Shown piece by piece: positions 17,750 to 27,825 of a stretch of 64,000 bases of DNA (the stretch's first letter is position 1; the number at the start of each line of letters is the position of its first letter). The position numbers were made by a program, and so were the translations under genes. The stretch comes from Microcoleus sp. (lineage in GTDB: Bacteria > Cyanobacteriota > Cyanobacteriia > Cyanobacteriales > Microcoleaceae): NCBI GenBank assembly GCA_052279835.1, contig CP181291.1, positions 3,456,001-3,520,000 of the forward strand, read 5' to 3'. The notes beneath the pieces are model-generated. The model was not told the origin of the DNA. It was given only the letters and a program-made list of their open reading frames with translations, and did not search any database.

Positions 17750-20065
17750 ATGACGGAACCTAGCGGGCGATCTCTCAAGCTATCGCCAACTCAACTAAAA
17801 AACGCGAACATCGCATTAGCAAAATTTGGTAGCAAATCCGATTTGGCTGCTGAATTACAAATGTCGCGTAACACCATCAACAAATTTTTCAAAGGTGAAG
17901 CTGTTCAGCGCAAGCAGTTTCTTTGCATCTGCAAAAAGCTCAAACTGAAATGGGAACCCGACGATGAACAGGTTCAGGACAAAGGTAAACCACCGAATTC
18001 ACTGTCAGATCCGCCTGCGGAGAGCCTGAAAGATGATATTGATGTCTTAGTTCAGCAAGTACGATCGCGCCTTCACGATGACATTCAACAGTGGCACAGC
18101 ACCATGCCACTTTGGGGGATCGATCGTTGGGTGCCTTTGGGTGACTTGTTTGTGGATGTCAATATTCTGGAGAAGCTGAGCAGTAGCGACAAGTCGGAAT
18201 ACGATGATTTGTGCCAAGATTTCATGAACAATCCCAGCCATCGAGGTTTAGATCGCATTGGTTTGGGCAAGGAACAGAAACGAGTGCCGGGGTTAGAAGT
18301 GCTGGCGAAGAATACAAACCTGATGGTGGTTGGCAAACCTGGTTCTGGAAAAACCACGTATTTGCAGCGAGTGGTGACGGAGTGCAACGCAGGGAATTTA
18401 CAAGCGCACCGGATTCCGGTTTTGATTAAACTGCGAAATTTTGTCGAGGATGGGCGTGAGGTTGCCTATTCGCTAGAGCGTTATCTAGAGGGATGCTGGC
18501 GGTTATCGGATGCAGAAACTCAATTGATATTCGATCGAGGTCGAGCGCTAGTGTTGCTGGATGGATTGGATGAGGTGACGGGAGAAGATGGGAAGAACAT
18601 CGCCAAAGAAATCAAGCGGTTTGCTCGTACTTATCCGCAGGTGCAGGTAATTGTAACTTGTCGGACGCAGAGTCAGGAATCGCGGTTTGAGCGGTTTGAT
18701 TATGTGGAAGTAGCTGATTTTAATGAGTCGCAGGTGCGGGCTTTTGCCCAACATTGGTTTAAGGCGGTGATGGGGGATGAGTCAGCAGGATTGGTAAAAG
18801 CGCGAGAGTTTTTAGAACAACTATTTTTAGAGGCAAATAAGCCGATTCGGGAGTTAGCGATTACGCCGATTTTGCTGAGTTTGACTTGTGCAGTGTTTCA
18901 TCAGACGGGGAAGTTTTACTCGAAGCGTTCCAAGCTTTATGAAGAAGGGTTGGAGTTGCTGCTGGAACAGTGGGACAAGTCGCGGGAGATCGATCGGGAT
19001 GAGATTTATCGCGATTTGTCGGTGGAGCGAAAGCTGGAGTTATTGAGCTTTCTGGCAGTGAAGAAGTTTGAGCAAGAGCAATATGTGTTGTTTGAGCAGG
19101 CGGAGATTGAGGGTTATATTGCGGAGTTTTTGGGGATTGGGCAGCGGGATAGTCTGGTGGTATTGAGGGCGATGGAAGCGCAGCATGGGTTGTTGATTGA
19201 GCGAAGTCAGAAAGTTTGGTCGTTTTCACACCTGACGTTTCAGGAGTATTTAGTAGCAAAGTTGTTTTGTTCTGAGGCAAATTGGGAAGGTATTGTTATT
19301 CATATGACAGAACCAAGCTGGAGAGAAGTTTTTATAATATTGGTTGGAATTTTAGAAAATGCTGGTAATTTTTTGTTATTCATGAAGCATGAAATTGACA
19401 GAAGTATTGCCATACATAAAGAGTTACAGCAATTATTGACCTGGCTCGATCAGAAATCATCTTCTGTGACAACGCCTTATAAAATTGCAGCCGTAAGAGC
19501 TTTTTACTTGCGTTTATCTGTTGCTTTGACTATTGAACCTAGAATGATAGCTGATATATCTGTTGCAAAATCGATCGATCCTAAATTCGATACTGAGCAT
19601 CCTGAAATTCAAATTGATGTATCGCTAAGCTTTGATATTTGTAGCCCTTATGCTCTTTCTGTATCTTGTGATCCAAGTTCACTTTTTTGCGATTCTCTGA
19701 GATACAACTATGAGTTAGCTTGCAAACTCAATATCGAGCAAAAATTTGCTATTAATCTTTACGAGCTTTTTAAGCAAGTTCCCATAAGTTCAAATAAGTT
19801 TGAAAATTGGTGGGTTTTAGAAAGTCGTAGTTGGGTTCAAAAAGTAAAAAATCTCATGGTTATTTACCGTAATATCGGGAACAACTGGCAACTCAATGAA
19901 GTCCAAAAACAAGTATTGCAAAAATATGAGTATGATAACAAATTGCTAGCTGATTGTCTAAATAGTAATTGTACATTAAATAATGAAACGAGGGAGTTAA
20001 TTGAGGAAACATTATTACTCCCGATCGCCGAAATCGAAAAACGCAAACGTGAAAAAGCCGAGTAG
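17750..20065 (+). CDS. NACHT NTPase with N-terminal HTH and C-terminal helical domain
   Basis: GKPGSGKTT, LVLLDGLDE, VTCR, TPILL, FSHLTFQEYL, WREV; C-terminal REL IEETLLLP typical of cyanobacterial NACHTs. Confidence 0.92.
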   Translation: MTEPSGRSLKLSPTQLKNANIALAKFGSKSDLAAELQMSRNTINKFFKGEAVQRKQFLCICKKLKLKWEPDDEQVQDKGKPPNSLSDPPAESLKDDIDVLVQQVRSRLHDDIQQWHSTMPLWGIDRWVPLGDLFVDVNILEKLSSSDKSEYDDLCQDFMNNPSHRGLDRIGLGKEQKRVPGLEVLAKNTNLMVVGKPGSGKTTYLQRVVTECNAGNLQAHRIPVLIKLRNFVEDGREVAYSLERYLEGCWRLSDAETQLIFDRGRALVLLDGLDEVTGEDGKNIAKEIKRFARTYPQVQVIVTCRTQSQESRFERFDYVEVADFNESQVRAFAQHWFKAVMGDESAGLVKAREFLEQLFLEANKPIRELAITPILLSLTCAVFHQTGKFYSKRSKLYEEGLELLLEQWDKSREIDRDEIYRDLSVERKLELLSFLAVKKFEQEQYVLFEQAEIEGYIAEFLGIGQRDSLVVLRAMEAQHGLLIERSQKVWSFSHLTFQEYLVAKLFCSEANWEGIVIHMTEPSWREVFIILVGILENAGNFLLFMKHEIDRSIAIHKELQQLLTWLDQKSSSVTTPYKIAAVRAFYLRLSVALTIEPRMIADISVAKSIDPKFDTEHPEIQIDVSLSFDICSPYALSVSCDPSSLFCDSLRYNYELACKLNIEQKFAINLYELFKQVPISSNKFENWWVLESRSWVQKVKNLMVIYRNIGNNWQLNEVQKQVLQKYEYDNKLLADCLNSNCTLNNETRELIEETLLLPIAEIEKRKREKAE

Positions 20066-20234
20066 GCCGATTCTACTAAATATCTGGAGCGATCGGATGT
20101 TTTTTATTGAGTTATTCAATCCGCGACAGCCAAAGGAGTGAAATGACTCTCTAAATTTTTGTCCCTCAATCAATCTGTAGCAAATCCTGTCAAATTGTGT
20201 TAAAATATAACTAGATATCAACCTTTCATAACTA

Positions 20235-20654
20235 ATGTCTAGACGCGATAATTTACATCTATCCCTGCGCCACACTCTCGAAAAAGATGGGTGGACAATT
20301 ACTGATGATCCGTTGATATTAGTGTTAGAACAAACGCTCTTGAAACCTGATTTAGGAGCAGAAAAATTTTTCGCAGCAGAAAAAGACGAACGGAAAATAG
20401 CTGTGGAAATTAAAGACTTCGACTCTCCTTCAGTAATTAATGAACTGGAAAAAACAATGGGACAGCTTCAGCTTTACCAATGGGCTTTGGATGAGCAAGA
20501 ATCCAAGCGGCAGTTGTTTATAGCGATCGCTCAAACCATCTATATTCGACATTTCCAAAAACCAATTTTTCAACTAGCCGTTCAACGGAATAGAATTAAC
20601 TTATTAGTTTACGAACCAGAGCAGGAGGCTATTGTTCAATGGATCGCTCACTAA
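20235..20654 (+). CDS. xisH: XisH family protein
   Basis: LEKDGWTITDDPL, DLGAEK, KIAVEIKDF, GQLQLY. Confidence 0.9.
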   Translation: MSRRDNLHLSLRHTLEKDGWTITDDPLILVLEQTLLKPDLGAEKFFAAEKDERKIAVEIKDFDSPSVINELEKTMGQLQLYQWALDEQESKRQLFIAIAQTIYIRHFQKPIFQLAVQRNRINLLVYEPEQEAIVQWIAH

Positions 20655-20986
20655 ATTATGCAGATATCCTGAAACAAACCCTACAAGAAGCAACACGATC
20701 GCAACCTCGCTTACAAGCGATTCAGCTTTATCCTGTCTGCGATACCGATTCAGGCCATTTCCTGATTGTCGCTACAGGCTGGGACAAGCAACGCTGGATG
20801 GACACGATTCTGTTTCACGCTCGCTTGGTCGATCGCCATGTCATCATTGAAGAAGATAACTTTGAGGAAGGGTTAAGCGCTGCACTGATTGTCGCAGGTA
20901 TCCAACCAGAGCATATTATGACTGGTCTTGATTATCAAAATAGTGCTAGCGAGCGTCGTGTTTCAGGCGGTGTAGCGATTTTTTGA
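20639..20986 (+). CDS. xisI: XisI family protein
   Basis: GHFLIVATGW, IIEEDNFEEG..L..AGI; overlaps xisH. Confidence 0.88.
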   Translation: MDRSLNYADILKQTLQEATRSQPRLQAIQLYPVCDTDSGHFLIVATGWDKQRWMDTILFHARLVDRHVIIEEDNFEEGLSAALIVAGIQPEHIMTGLDYQNSASERRVSGGVAIF

Positions 20987-21084
20987 TATACAAATCTTGT
21001 TGATGATGCGATCGCTACTCAAACTATCGATCGATCGCCCATTTGTTACAATCACAGCAAGTCTCATCCTCACATCACCGAAGT

Positions 21085-21436
21085 ATGCAAATTATCCTAG
21101 AAGTCCCCGATCGCCTCGGCGAACAACTGCACGCATTGGGCGATCGCCTCCCAGAAGCCCTCGATCGCGCACTCCAGGAAACTCACCTCCCCAGAAACCA
21201 TCTCCTACCAAGACGATCGCCAAATCGTCGAACTGCTTGCGAGTCAACCCAGCCCAGAAGTCATCCTCGCCATCCGCCCCACGCCTGCATTACAAACCCG
21301 CATGAGCGAATTGCTCGATCGCAATAAATCCAGCACTCTCTCGCGATCGGAAGAAGTTGAACTCGATCGATATTTGCTCCTAGAACATTGGGTGCGCTTA
21401 GCAAAAGCTCATGCCTACAAATACTTATCGATCTAG
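21085..21436 (+). pseudogene. Small antitoxin-like protein, frameshifted by one extra A at ~21179-21181
   Basis: MQIILEVPDRL...ALQE continues in the +1 frame as LTSPETISYQDDRQIVELLASQPSPEVILAIRP...EHWVRLAKAHAY..*. Confidence 0.75.
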
Positions 21437-21586
21437 AAAACATTGCTATTATTGATTCAATAACTCGACCAATACAATATACCTAAAAAAACTTAAATGT
21501 CCAGCGATACATGGTTTATTTCAATAAACTGTGCCTTGAGTATGCTTAAATAAAAGTTTAGACACTCGCTAACCATATTTAAACCA

Positions 21587-22465
21587 GTGAACTTTCAATC
21601 AGTCATTGCCACCTTAAACAAATTCTGGAGCGATCGAGGATGCCTGATCGCCCAATCCTACGACACAGAAAAAGGTGCAGGCACCATGAATCCCCACACC
21701 TTTCTCAGAGCCATTGGGCCCGAACCTTGGTCAGTCGCCTACGTAGAACCCTGTCGCCGCCCCACCGACGGACGCTACGGCGAGAATCCCAATCGCTTTC
21801 AACATTACTATCAATATCAAGTCCTGATTAAACCATCTCCTCCTAATATCCAAGACATCTATTTAGACTCCCTCAGAGCATTAGGAATTCGCCCAGAAGA
21901 CCATGACATTCGTTTCGTAGAAGACAACTGGGAATCGCCTACCCTCGGAGCTTGGGGTGTGGGCTGGGAAGTCTGGCTAGACGGTATGGAAATCACTCAA
22001 TTTACCTATTTTCAACAGTGCGGTAGCATTGATTGTCGTCCGGTTTCCATTGAAATTACCTACGGACTAGAACGGCTGGCAATGTATCTGCAAGAAGTCG
22101 ATGCGATGACTAAAATTCAGTGGAAAGATGGCATCACTTACGGTGACGTTCACCTGCAAGGGGAAATTGAACAATGTACTTACAACTTTGAAGCTTCTAA
22201 TCCTGAATTGCTGTTTACGCTGTTTGGACTCTACGAACAAGAGGCGGAACAATTGACGCAAAAAGGATTAGTTTTGCCTAGTCTTGATTACGTGCTAAAA
22301 TGTTCGCATACTTTCAATTTACTTGATGCTAGAGGTGTGATTTCGGTAACAGAAAGAACTCGCTACATTACCAAAATTCGGAATTTGGCGCGGCGCGTCG
22401 CTCAGCTTTATTTGGAACAGCGGGAACATTTGGGTTTTCCTTTGGAAAAAGGAGTGAAGGTTTGA
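21587..22465 (+). CDS. glyQ: Glycine--tRNA ligase alpha subunit
   Basis: [43 protein letters not shown]. Confidence 0.98.
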   Translation: MNFQSVIATLNKFWSDRGCLIAQSYDTEKGAGTMNPHTFLRAIGPEPWSVAYVEPCRRPTDGRYGENPNRFQHYYQYQVLIKPSPPNIQDIYLDSLRALGIRPEDHDIRFVEDNWESPTLGAWGVGWEVWLDGMEITQFTYFQQCGSIDCRPVSIEITYGLERLAMYLQEVDAMTKIQWKDGITYGDVHLQGEIEQCTYNFEASNPELLFTLFGLYEQEAEQLTQKGLVLPSLDYVLKCSHTFNLLDARGVISVTERTRYITKIRNLARRVAQLYLEQREHLGFPLEKGVKV

Positions 22466-22560
22466 GAATGAAGAGGGACGCGACACGGATACACGGATGA
22501 ATTGAGTTGCGATCGCCCTGGAGTCATACCAATTTTATAGGTCCTTGCATAGAATTCCGA

Positions 22561-22646
22561 TCCCCCCTAACCCCCCTTAATCAGGGGGGGACAAGAATCG
22601 GATCTTTCCTCTTTTTTCCCCCCTTGGGGGGGGGTAGGGGGGGGTG
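22561..22646. repeat. C/G-rich hairpin repeat family E
   Basis: CCCCCCTAACCCCCCTTAATCAGGGGGGG...CCCCTTGGGGGGGGG; same family as the rsmB insertion. Confidence 0.75.
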
Positions 22647-22703
22647 GGGATGGGATGGAGATCGAAATATGTACAATTTTTTGAGATATTTTAAATTAAT
22701 TCA

Positions 22704-23471
22704 ATGCTTAATTATTCTGAAAATCATCCAGAAACCACTCCTCTATTGCGAGTTGATAATGTAAGTTTTAAAACACCGATCGCCTCCAGTTACTTGCTGG
22801 AAAATATATCCTTTGAGGTAACTCAGGGCGATCGCGTGGCGATTGTGGGCCCTTCTGGTGCGGGGAAAACTACCCTGTTGCGGCTGCTAAACCGACTTAG
22901 CAGCCCTACCAGTGGCTCGATTTATCTGGAAAATCAGGAATATCGGCAAATAGGGGCGATCGAACTTCGCCGACAAATCACCCTTGTTATTCAAGAATCG
23001 AAGCTGTTGGGAATGTCTGTGCGAGAAGCACTCGCCTATCCTTTGAAGTTGCGGGGCGTGAATCCATCAAACATTGCAGAGAGAATTAGTGGGGCGATCG
23101 CACAATTGCACATACCCGAAGAATGGCTGACACGCACGGAATTGCAACTCTCAGTAGGCCAAAAACAACTGGTGGCCATCGCACGGGCGATCGTCCTCCA
23201 ACCCAAAATCTTGCTCTTAGACGAGCCCACATCCGCCCTAGATGCCGGCAAATCCCACCACCTGATGCAGGTACTCACCGAGTTAACGAACAGCAAAATG
23301 ACTATTTTAATGGTAAATCACCAATTAGAATTAGCTCAGGAATTTGCAACCAGAGTTTTATATTTACAGCGTGGTCAACTCCTGGAAAATTCTATTTCTA
23401 CTAAAATGAATTGGGGGGAAATGCGGCAAAATTTAATCAAAGCAGAAGCGGAATCACAACAAGAATGGTGA
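22704..23471 (+). CDS. ABC transporter ATP-binding protein (no adjacent permease)
   Basis: GPSGAGKT, LSVGQKQ, LLLDEPT, H-loop. Confidence 0.92.
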   Translation: MLNYSENHPETTPLLRVDNVSFKTPIASSYLLENISFEVTQGDRVAIVGPSGAGKTTLLRLLNRLSSPTSGSIYLENQEYRQIGAIELRRQITLVIQESKLLGMSVREALAYPLKLRGVNPSNIAERISGAIAQLHIPEEWLTRTELQLSVGQKQLVAIARAIVLQPKILLLDEPTSALDAGKSHHLMQVLTELTNSKMTILMVNHQLELAQEFATRVLYLQRGQLLENSISTKMNWGEMRQNLIKAEAESQQEW

Positions 23472-23539
23472 ATTTTCAATCAACGGTAGAAGATTGTTTA
23501 TTTGTTGCTGATGTTTCCTTTTTGGAACACTTATATTTA

Positions 23540-25205
23540 GGGCTTGCTGAATAATCGATCGCACTTGACGTGGCATGGATTAAGAACTGGTGCGATCGAC
23601 AGTCAGGTGCAAAAAAAACAGGTAAAATAGATCAAAACTCGTGCATCACCATCTGCGATCGTGTATCGAAAAGCTGAGCTTGCTCACCCCTCACCCTCCG
23701 ACTTTGAACTCCCCTCATGTGGAAAGTTGTCAGCAGATAACCGTTGGGTAAAAATGGCCCAAATAATCCCGTGGTCTGAATTTGAATCAGAATATGCGGC
23801 CAACTTCCCCACAGAAAAGGGGGCTCCTGCTAAATGCTTTAGGATGGCATTGGGGGCATTAATTATTAAAGAAAAATTAGGAATTAGCGATCGTGAAACA
23901 GTAGAACAGATCCGTGAAAACCCCTATCTGCAATACTTCATCGGTCAATCAAGCTACAGCAACGAACTCGCATTTGACCCATCACTCTTAGTACACTTTC
24001 GGCAACGAATTAGTCCCAATCTAATTAATCAAGTGAACGAACGCATGGTCAAAAAAATGCGAGAACTCACGCCAGTCAAACCTGAAAAAAAAAAGGATCC
24101 GGACGCCAAAAATGAGTTATCCAATCGCGGCCAATTGATCGTAGATGCAACCTGCGCCCCAGCCGACATTAGTTATCCGACCGACTTAGGACTATTAAAC
24201 AGAGCCAGAGTTCATACAGAAAAAATCCTAGACATTCTGTATAAACAAATTAAAGAAAACACCACTAAAAAACCAAGAACCTACCGTAATCTAGCGAGGA
24301 AAGACTACTTAGCAGTAGCCAAACAACGACGACCGACCAAAAACAAAAAAAGACAAGCAATTAAAAAACAACTTCAATACATAAAAAGAAACCTAGCTCA
24401 TATTGAACAGCTAATCGATTCAGGTGCGAGCCTAGAAGCTCTGAATAAAAAGCAATATAAAACCTTGTTAGTCCTGACAGAGGTCTATCGCCAACAGCAA
24501 TGGTTATTTGACAATAATAAACAGAGTATTGAGGATAGAATAGTAAGTTTAAGCCAACCCCATATCCGTCCCATAGTCAGAGGAAAAGCAGGAAAAAGCG
24601 TAGAATTTGGAGCCAAAATATCAGCCAGTTGTTTTGAGGGATATGTATTTTTAGACCGGATGAGCTGGGATAACTTTAACGAATCAGGGGACTTAAAAAC
24701 ACAAGTAGAAGCATATCATAAATTCACAGGGTATTATCCAGAGTCAGTTCATGCAGATCGCATTTACCGAAATCGGGAAAACCGAGCATGGTGTAAAGAA
24801 AAAGGCATTAGGCTGAGTGGGCCGCCATTAGGAAGACCGCCAGCAAATGTGAGTAAATCAAAAAAGAGGCAAGCGTTGGAAGATGAGAGGATTAGAAATG
24901 CCATTGAGGGCAAGTTTGGGCAAGGAAAACGAAGATTCGGTCTCAATCGAGTGATGGCAAAACTTGATAATACATCTGGTACAGTTATTGCAATTACTTT
25001 TTTGGTAATGAACCTTGCTACCTGGTGGCGCCGGGTTTTTTGTGTGTTTTTATGTCTATTTGGAAAAAGAACACCTGTTTTTGGCTTGAATATAATCTAC
25101 AATTATAACTGGGTGGAATCAATGCCGAAACAACTTATAGTTAACTCTGCTTGAATATATCGATCGCTCCTGCTCTTGGTTGGCGATCGATTATTCAGCA
25201 AACCC
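23540..25205 (+). mobile_element. Complete IS5-family insertion sequence
   Basis: Terminal IRs GGGCTTGCTGAATAATCGATCGC / GCGATCGATTATTCAGCAAACCC (1 mismatch in 23); flanking direct repeat TATTTA at 23534-23539 and 25206-25211. Confidence 0.93.
23661..25154 (+). CDS. IS5-family DDE transposase
   Basis: SDRETVEQIRENPYLQYF, IVDAT, RGKAGKSVEFGAK, ADRIY, RNAIEGKFGQGKR. Confidence 0.93.
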   Translation: MYRKAELAHPSPSDFELPSCGKLSADNRWVKMAQIIPWSEFESEYAANFPTEKGAPAKCFRMALGALIIKEKLGISDRETVEQIRENPYLQYFIGQSSYSNELAFDPSLLVHFRQRISPNLINQVNERMVKKMRELTPVKPEKKKDPDAKNELSNRGQLIVDATCAPADISYPTDLGLLNRARVHTEKILDILYKQIKENTTKKPRTYRNLARKDYLAVAKQRRPTKNKKRQAIKKQLQYIKRNLAHIEQLIDSGASLEALNKKQYKTLLVLTEVYRQQQWLFDNNKQSIEDRIVSLSQPHIRPIVRGKAGKSVEFGAKISASCFEGYVFLDRMSWDNFNESGDLKTQVEAYHKFTGYYPESVHADRIYRNRENRAWCKEKGIRLSGPPLGRPPANVSKSKKRQALEDERIRNAIEGKFGQGKRRFGLNRVMAKLDNTSGTVIAITFLVMNLATWWRRVFCVFLCLFGKRTPVFGLNIIYNYNWVESMPKQLIVNSA

Positions 25206-25334
25206 TATTTATTCCGGTTGTATCGGAATTATTAAACCACAGAGGACACAGAGGACACAGAGAAAGAGAAGAGAGAAATAGTAATTCCGATGTTAACGGA
25301 TTTGATATTAAATATCACTTAAACTCTCTATTTT

Positions 25335-26384
25335 CTAGCCTAGAAAAGTGAGACCTACAGGAGGACTAAACGGATTTGTCATCGGAATCTGTTGCAGATT
25401 TAGATTCGCTCCGCCCTGAATTCGGGCTATTGTATCTCCCGATGTTTGAATTAATAAGTCTCCCCCTGATGGACTGATGGTAAGTTGATCGAAGCTTTCC
25501 GCAAGTTGGAGAAAATCTTTTCCTTTTTCAAAGTTGACAATCCTGGCCTCACCACTCCCTGCATAGAAACTAATCCGGCTGAGAAAATTACGTCGGCCAT
25601 TGGGAACACCATCTCCGAGGACGAAGTAATCAGTACCAGCAGTGCCAATTAATGTATCGAATTCATTAGTCGTCGTAAAAGGCTCTCTCAAGATGTCATC
25701 CAATTTCAAAGTATCATATTTATTCTTATTAATACCAAAGGGTGGATTAGGGCCGGCGAAAGCTACTTGCAGCCCTGTAATTTGATTTTTTCCGGCTGTA
25801 AATCCCGTGACAATATCATTGCCGTTAGTTCCAGTAAAAAATCCGAATCGAATAGGCTCAAATTGCCCAAATTTTAGATAATGTTCTCGACCAGTTTTCA
25901 AAGTTCCAGTCGCCACAACTGCCGCAACATCTGGGTTATCTGACAAGTAACGCGGTTCAAAGAAACTTGTCCCATATCTACCTTCTGTGTTTCCGAATTT
26001 GATAAAGTGCTGAAAGCCAGATTTAAAAGTTCCACTCTCGACGAAGGGAGTTATATCGGGGTGGCGCTTTAAGTAAAAAACTTCGTCGTAGTCAGGCGAT
26101 ACTCGCGTGCGGCCTTCTTCGTAACCAAACTGGATGAAGTGGTCTAAACCTGAAACAAACTGTCGATTTTGGTTGGTGGCAGTGCGAATAAAGGGTGCAA
26201 GGTCTTGATTTTGAGCTAGATAGGTATCTTCGTCAAAATACCGCGATATTTTGGTGAGACCGGCGGCTTGACCGAATTTTTCAAAGTGTTCTCTGCCGGA
26301 TTTGATGATGCCTGCATCAATGGCTGGTTTCAGCCACGGATATTGCGACAGGTAGTATTTTTCGTCAAAAATATCATAATTCAT
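25335..26384 (-). CDS. RTX-like/calcium-binding surface protein, paralog 1
   Basis: Four FDExYYL..P..G..HF..FG repeats, GTNGNDIVTG and GTAGTDYFVLG; no signal peptide. Confidence 0.7.
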   Translation of the reverse strand: MNYDIFDEKYYLSQYPWLKPAIDAGIIKSGREHFEKFGQAAGLTKISRYFDEDTYLAQNQDLAPFIRTATNQNRQFVSGLDHFIQFGYEEGRTRVSPDYDEVFYLKRHPDITPFVESGTFKSGFQHFIKFGNTEGRYGTSFFEPRYLSDNPDVAAVVATGTLKTGREHYLKFGQFEPIRFGFFTGTNGNDIVTGFTAGKNQITGLQVAFAGPNPPFGINKNKYDTLKLDDILREPFTTTNEFDTLIGTAGTDYFVLGDGVPNGRRNFLSRISFYAGSGEARIVNFEKGKDFLQLAESFDQLTISPSGGDLLIQTSGDTIARIQGGANLNLQQIPMTNPFSPPVGLTFLG

Positions 26385-26575
26385 CGTTGTTTTTGTAAGA
26401 AAGTAAATTGCGATCGATTTGGCGAGTTGCCGGAATAGGAAAGTGCGATCGCCCATTTTGCGAATGTGCGATCGTACCGACAGCAGGAATCAGGCAAATT
26501 CTGAATATCTTCGAGATTTCTATCCAATTCAGACTTTCTCAAGCCGTTTTAAGTTCCTGATCAAATATCATTTAA

Positions 26576-26631
26576 CTATCCGATCGTGAAATTACCATTA
26601 CCGTTTCGTAAAAAATTGTGTAGTTAGCCAT
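26576..26631 (-). pseudogene. Collapsed remnant of a fourth paralog (start fused to stop)
   Basis: ATG GCT AAC TAC ACA ATT TTT TAC GAA (MANYTIFYE, cf. MANYAIFDE) joined to AAC GGT AAT GGT AAT TTC ACG ATC GGA TAG (NGNGNFTIG*, cf. NGNGTFLIG*). Confidence 0.8.
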
Positions 26632-26680
26632 ATTTTTACCTCGAATCACGAAAAAGTCATCAATCATCGGCGTTACCTAA

Positions 26681-26735
26681 TAACTAATGACCAATGACTA
26701 ATGACTAATGACCAATGACCAATGATTAATGACTA
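26681..26735. repeat. STRR-type heptamer repeat (AATGAC(C/T))n
   Basis: ctaatgaccaatgactaatgactaatgaccaatgaccaatg. Confidence 0.8.
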
Positions 26736-27725
26736 ACCAATCAAGAAAGTACCGTTACCGTTAGATCTTTGGAAAATCAAACTCAAGTTGTTTGCACGTC
26801 CTTCAATCTCGCCGATCACATCTCCAAAACGCTGGATTGACAAATTGCCACCAACAGGAGTCAGGCTGTAGCCGTCGCTTAAAGAATTTCCTTGCAGTTG
26901 GATAAAATCGTTTGCGTCGAAGTTCCGAATCGTAGCTTGACCGTTACCCAAATACAGCGGTGTTGGGGTGACATTCCCGGCTGTAGCAGGAACTCCGAGG
27001 ACGAATGTATCAATTCCCGGGCCACCAGTCAGGATATCGAATTCATTGGTGCCAAAGCTTTCATACTGTCGGTTGCCGTTGCGATCGATACCTACTTCTA
27101 CTCCGACAAATTCCGCAGTCCCCGTACCCGCACCAGTGATGAAGTCGTTGCTGCGGCTGCCGACAAAAGTTGCAGATCTAGCAGGCTCATTTTTGCCAAA
27201 ATTGAAGTAGTGTTCCCGGCCGGTTCTCAAGTTTCCAGAGTTGACAAACGGCACGATGTCGGGATTCTTTTTTAAGTATTCCGGTTCCAAAAATGAAGTT
27301 CCAAAACGACCTTCTTTAGCCCCAAATTGAACGAAATGCTGATAGCCTGATTTGAAAGTTCCGTTCTGAATAAACGGTCGCAAGTCTGAGTTATTTGCTA
27401 AATAAAAATCTTCGTTGTACTCAGGCGATACTTGAGTGCGCCGGAATAAGCGGTTTCCTTCATCGTAACCTAACTGGATAAATTCATCGAGGCCGGTGGC
27501 AAAGGGTGCGTTTGGGTTGACTGTGCGAACCAAGGATACGATGTCTGGTTTGGTTGCAAGGTAAGTAGCTTCGTCAAAATACCGCGATATTTTGGTGAGA
27601 CCGGCGGCTTGACCGAATTTTTCAAAGTGTTCTCTTCCAGATTTGATGATTCCTGCATCAATGGCTGGTTTCAGCCACGGGTATTGGGAAAGGTAGTATT
27701 TTTCGTCAAAGATATCGTAATTCAT
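26733..27725 (-). CDS. RTX-like/calcium-binding surface protein, paralog 2
   Basis: Same repeat architecture; first ~50 aa identical to paralog 1. Confidence 0.75.
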   Translation of the reverse strand: MNYDIFDEKYYLSQYPWLKPAIDAGIIKSGREHFEKFGQAAGLTKISRYFDEATYLATKPDIVSLVRTVNPNAPFATGLDEFIQLGYDEGNRLFRRTQVSPEYNEDFYLANNSDLRPFIQNGTFKSGYQHFVQFGAKEGRFGTSFLEPEYLKKNPDIVPFVNSGNLRTGREHYFNFGKNEPARSATFVGSRSNDFITGAGTGTAEFVGVEVGIDRNGNRQYESFGTNEFDILTGGPGIDTFVLGVPATAGNVTPTPLYLGNGQATIRNFDANDFIQLQGNSLSDGYSLTPVGGNLSIQRFGDVIGEIEGRANNLSLIFQRSNGNGTFLIG

Positions 27726-27825
27726 AGTTTCTTATTTAAGCAAGTAAAGTGCTAACGAAAAAAGTCATAAGTCATCAGGATTACTTAATAATGATGACCT
27801 ATGAGTAATGACTAATTACTGATGA

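Noticed and set aside
5106..21436. Prophage or integrative element
   Set aside because: No integrase, phage structural, replication or conjugation genes, and no att-like direct repeats seen
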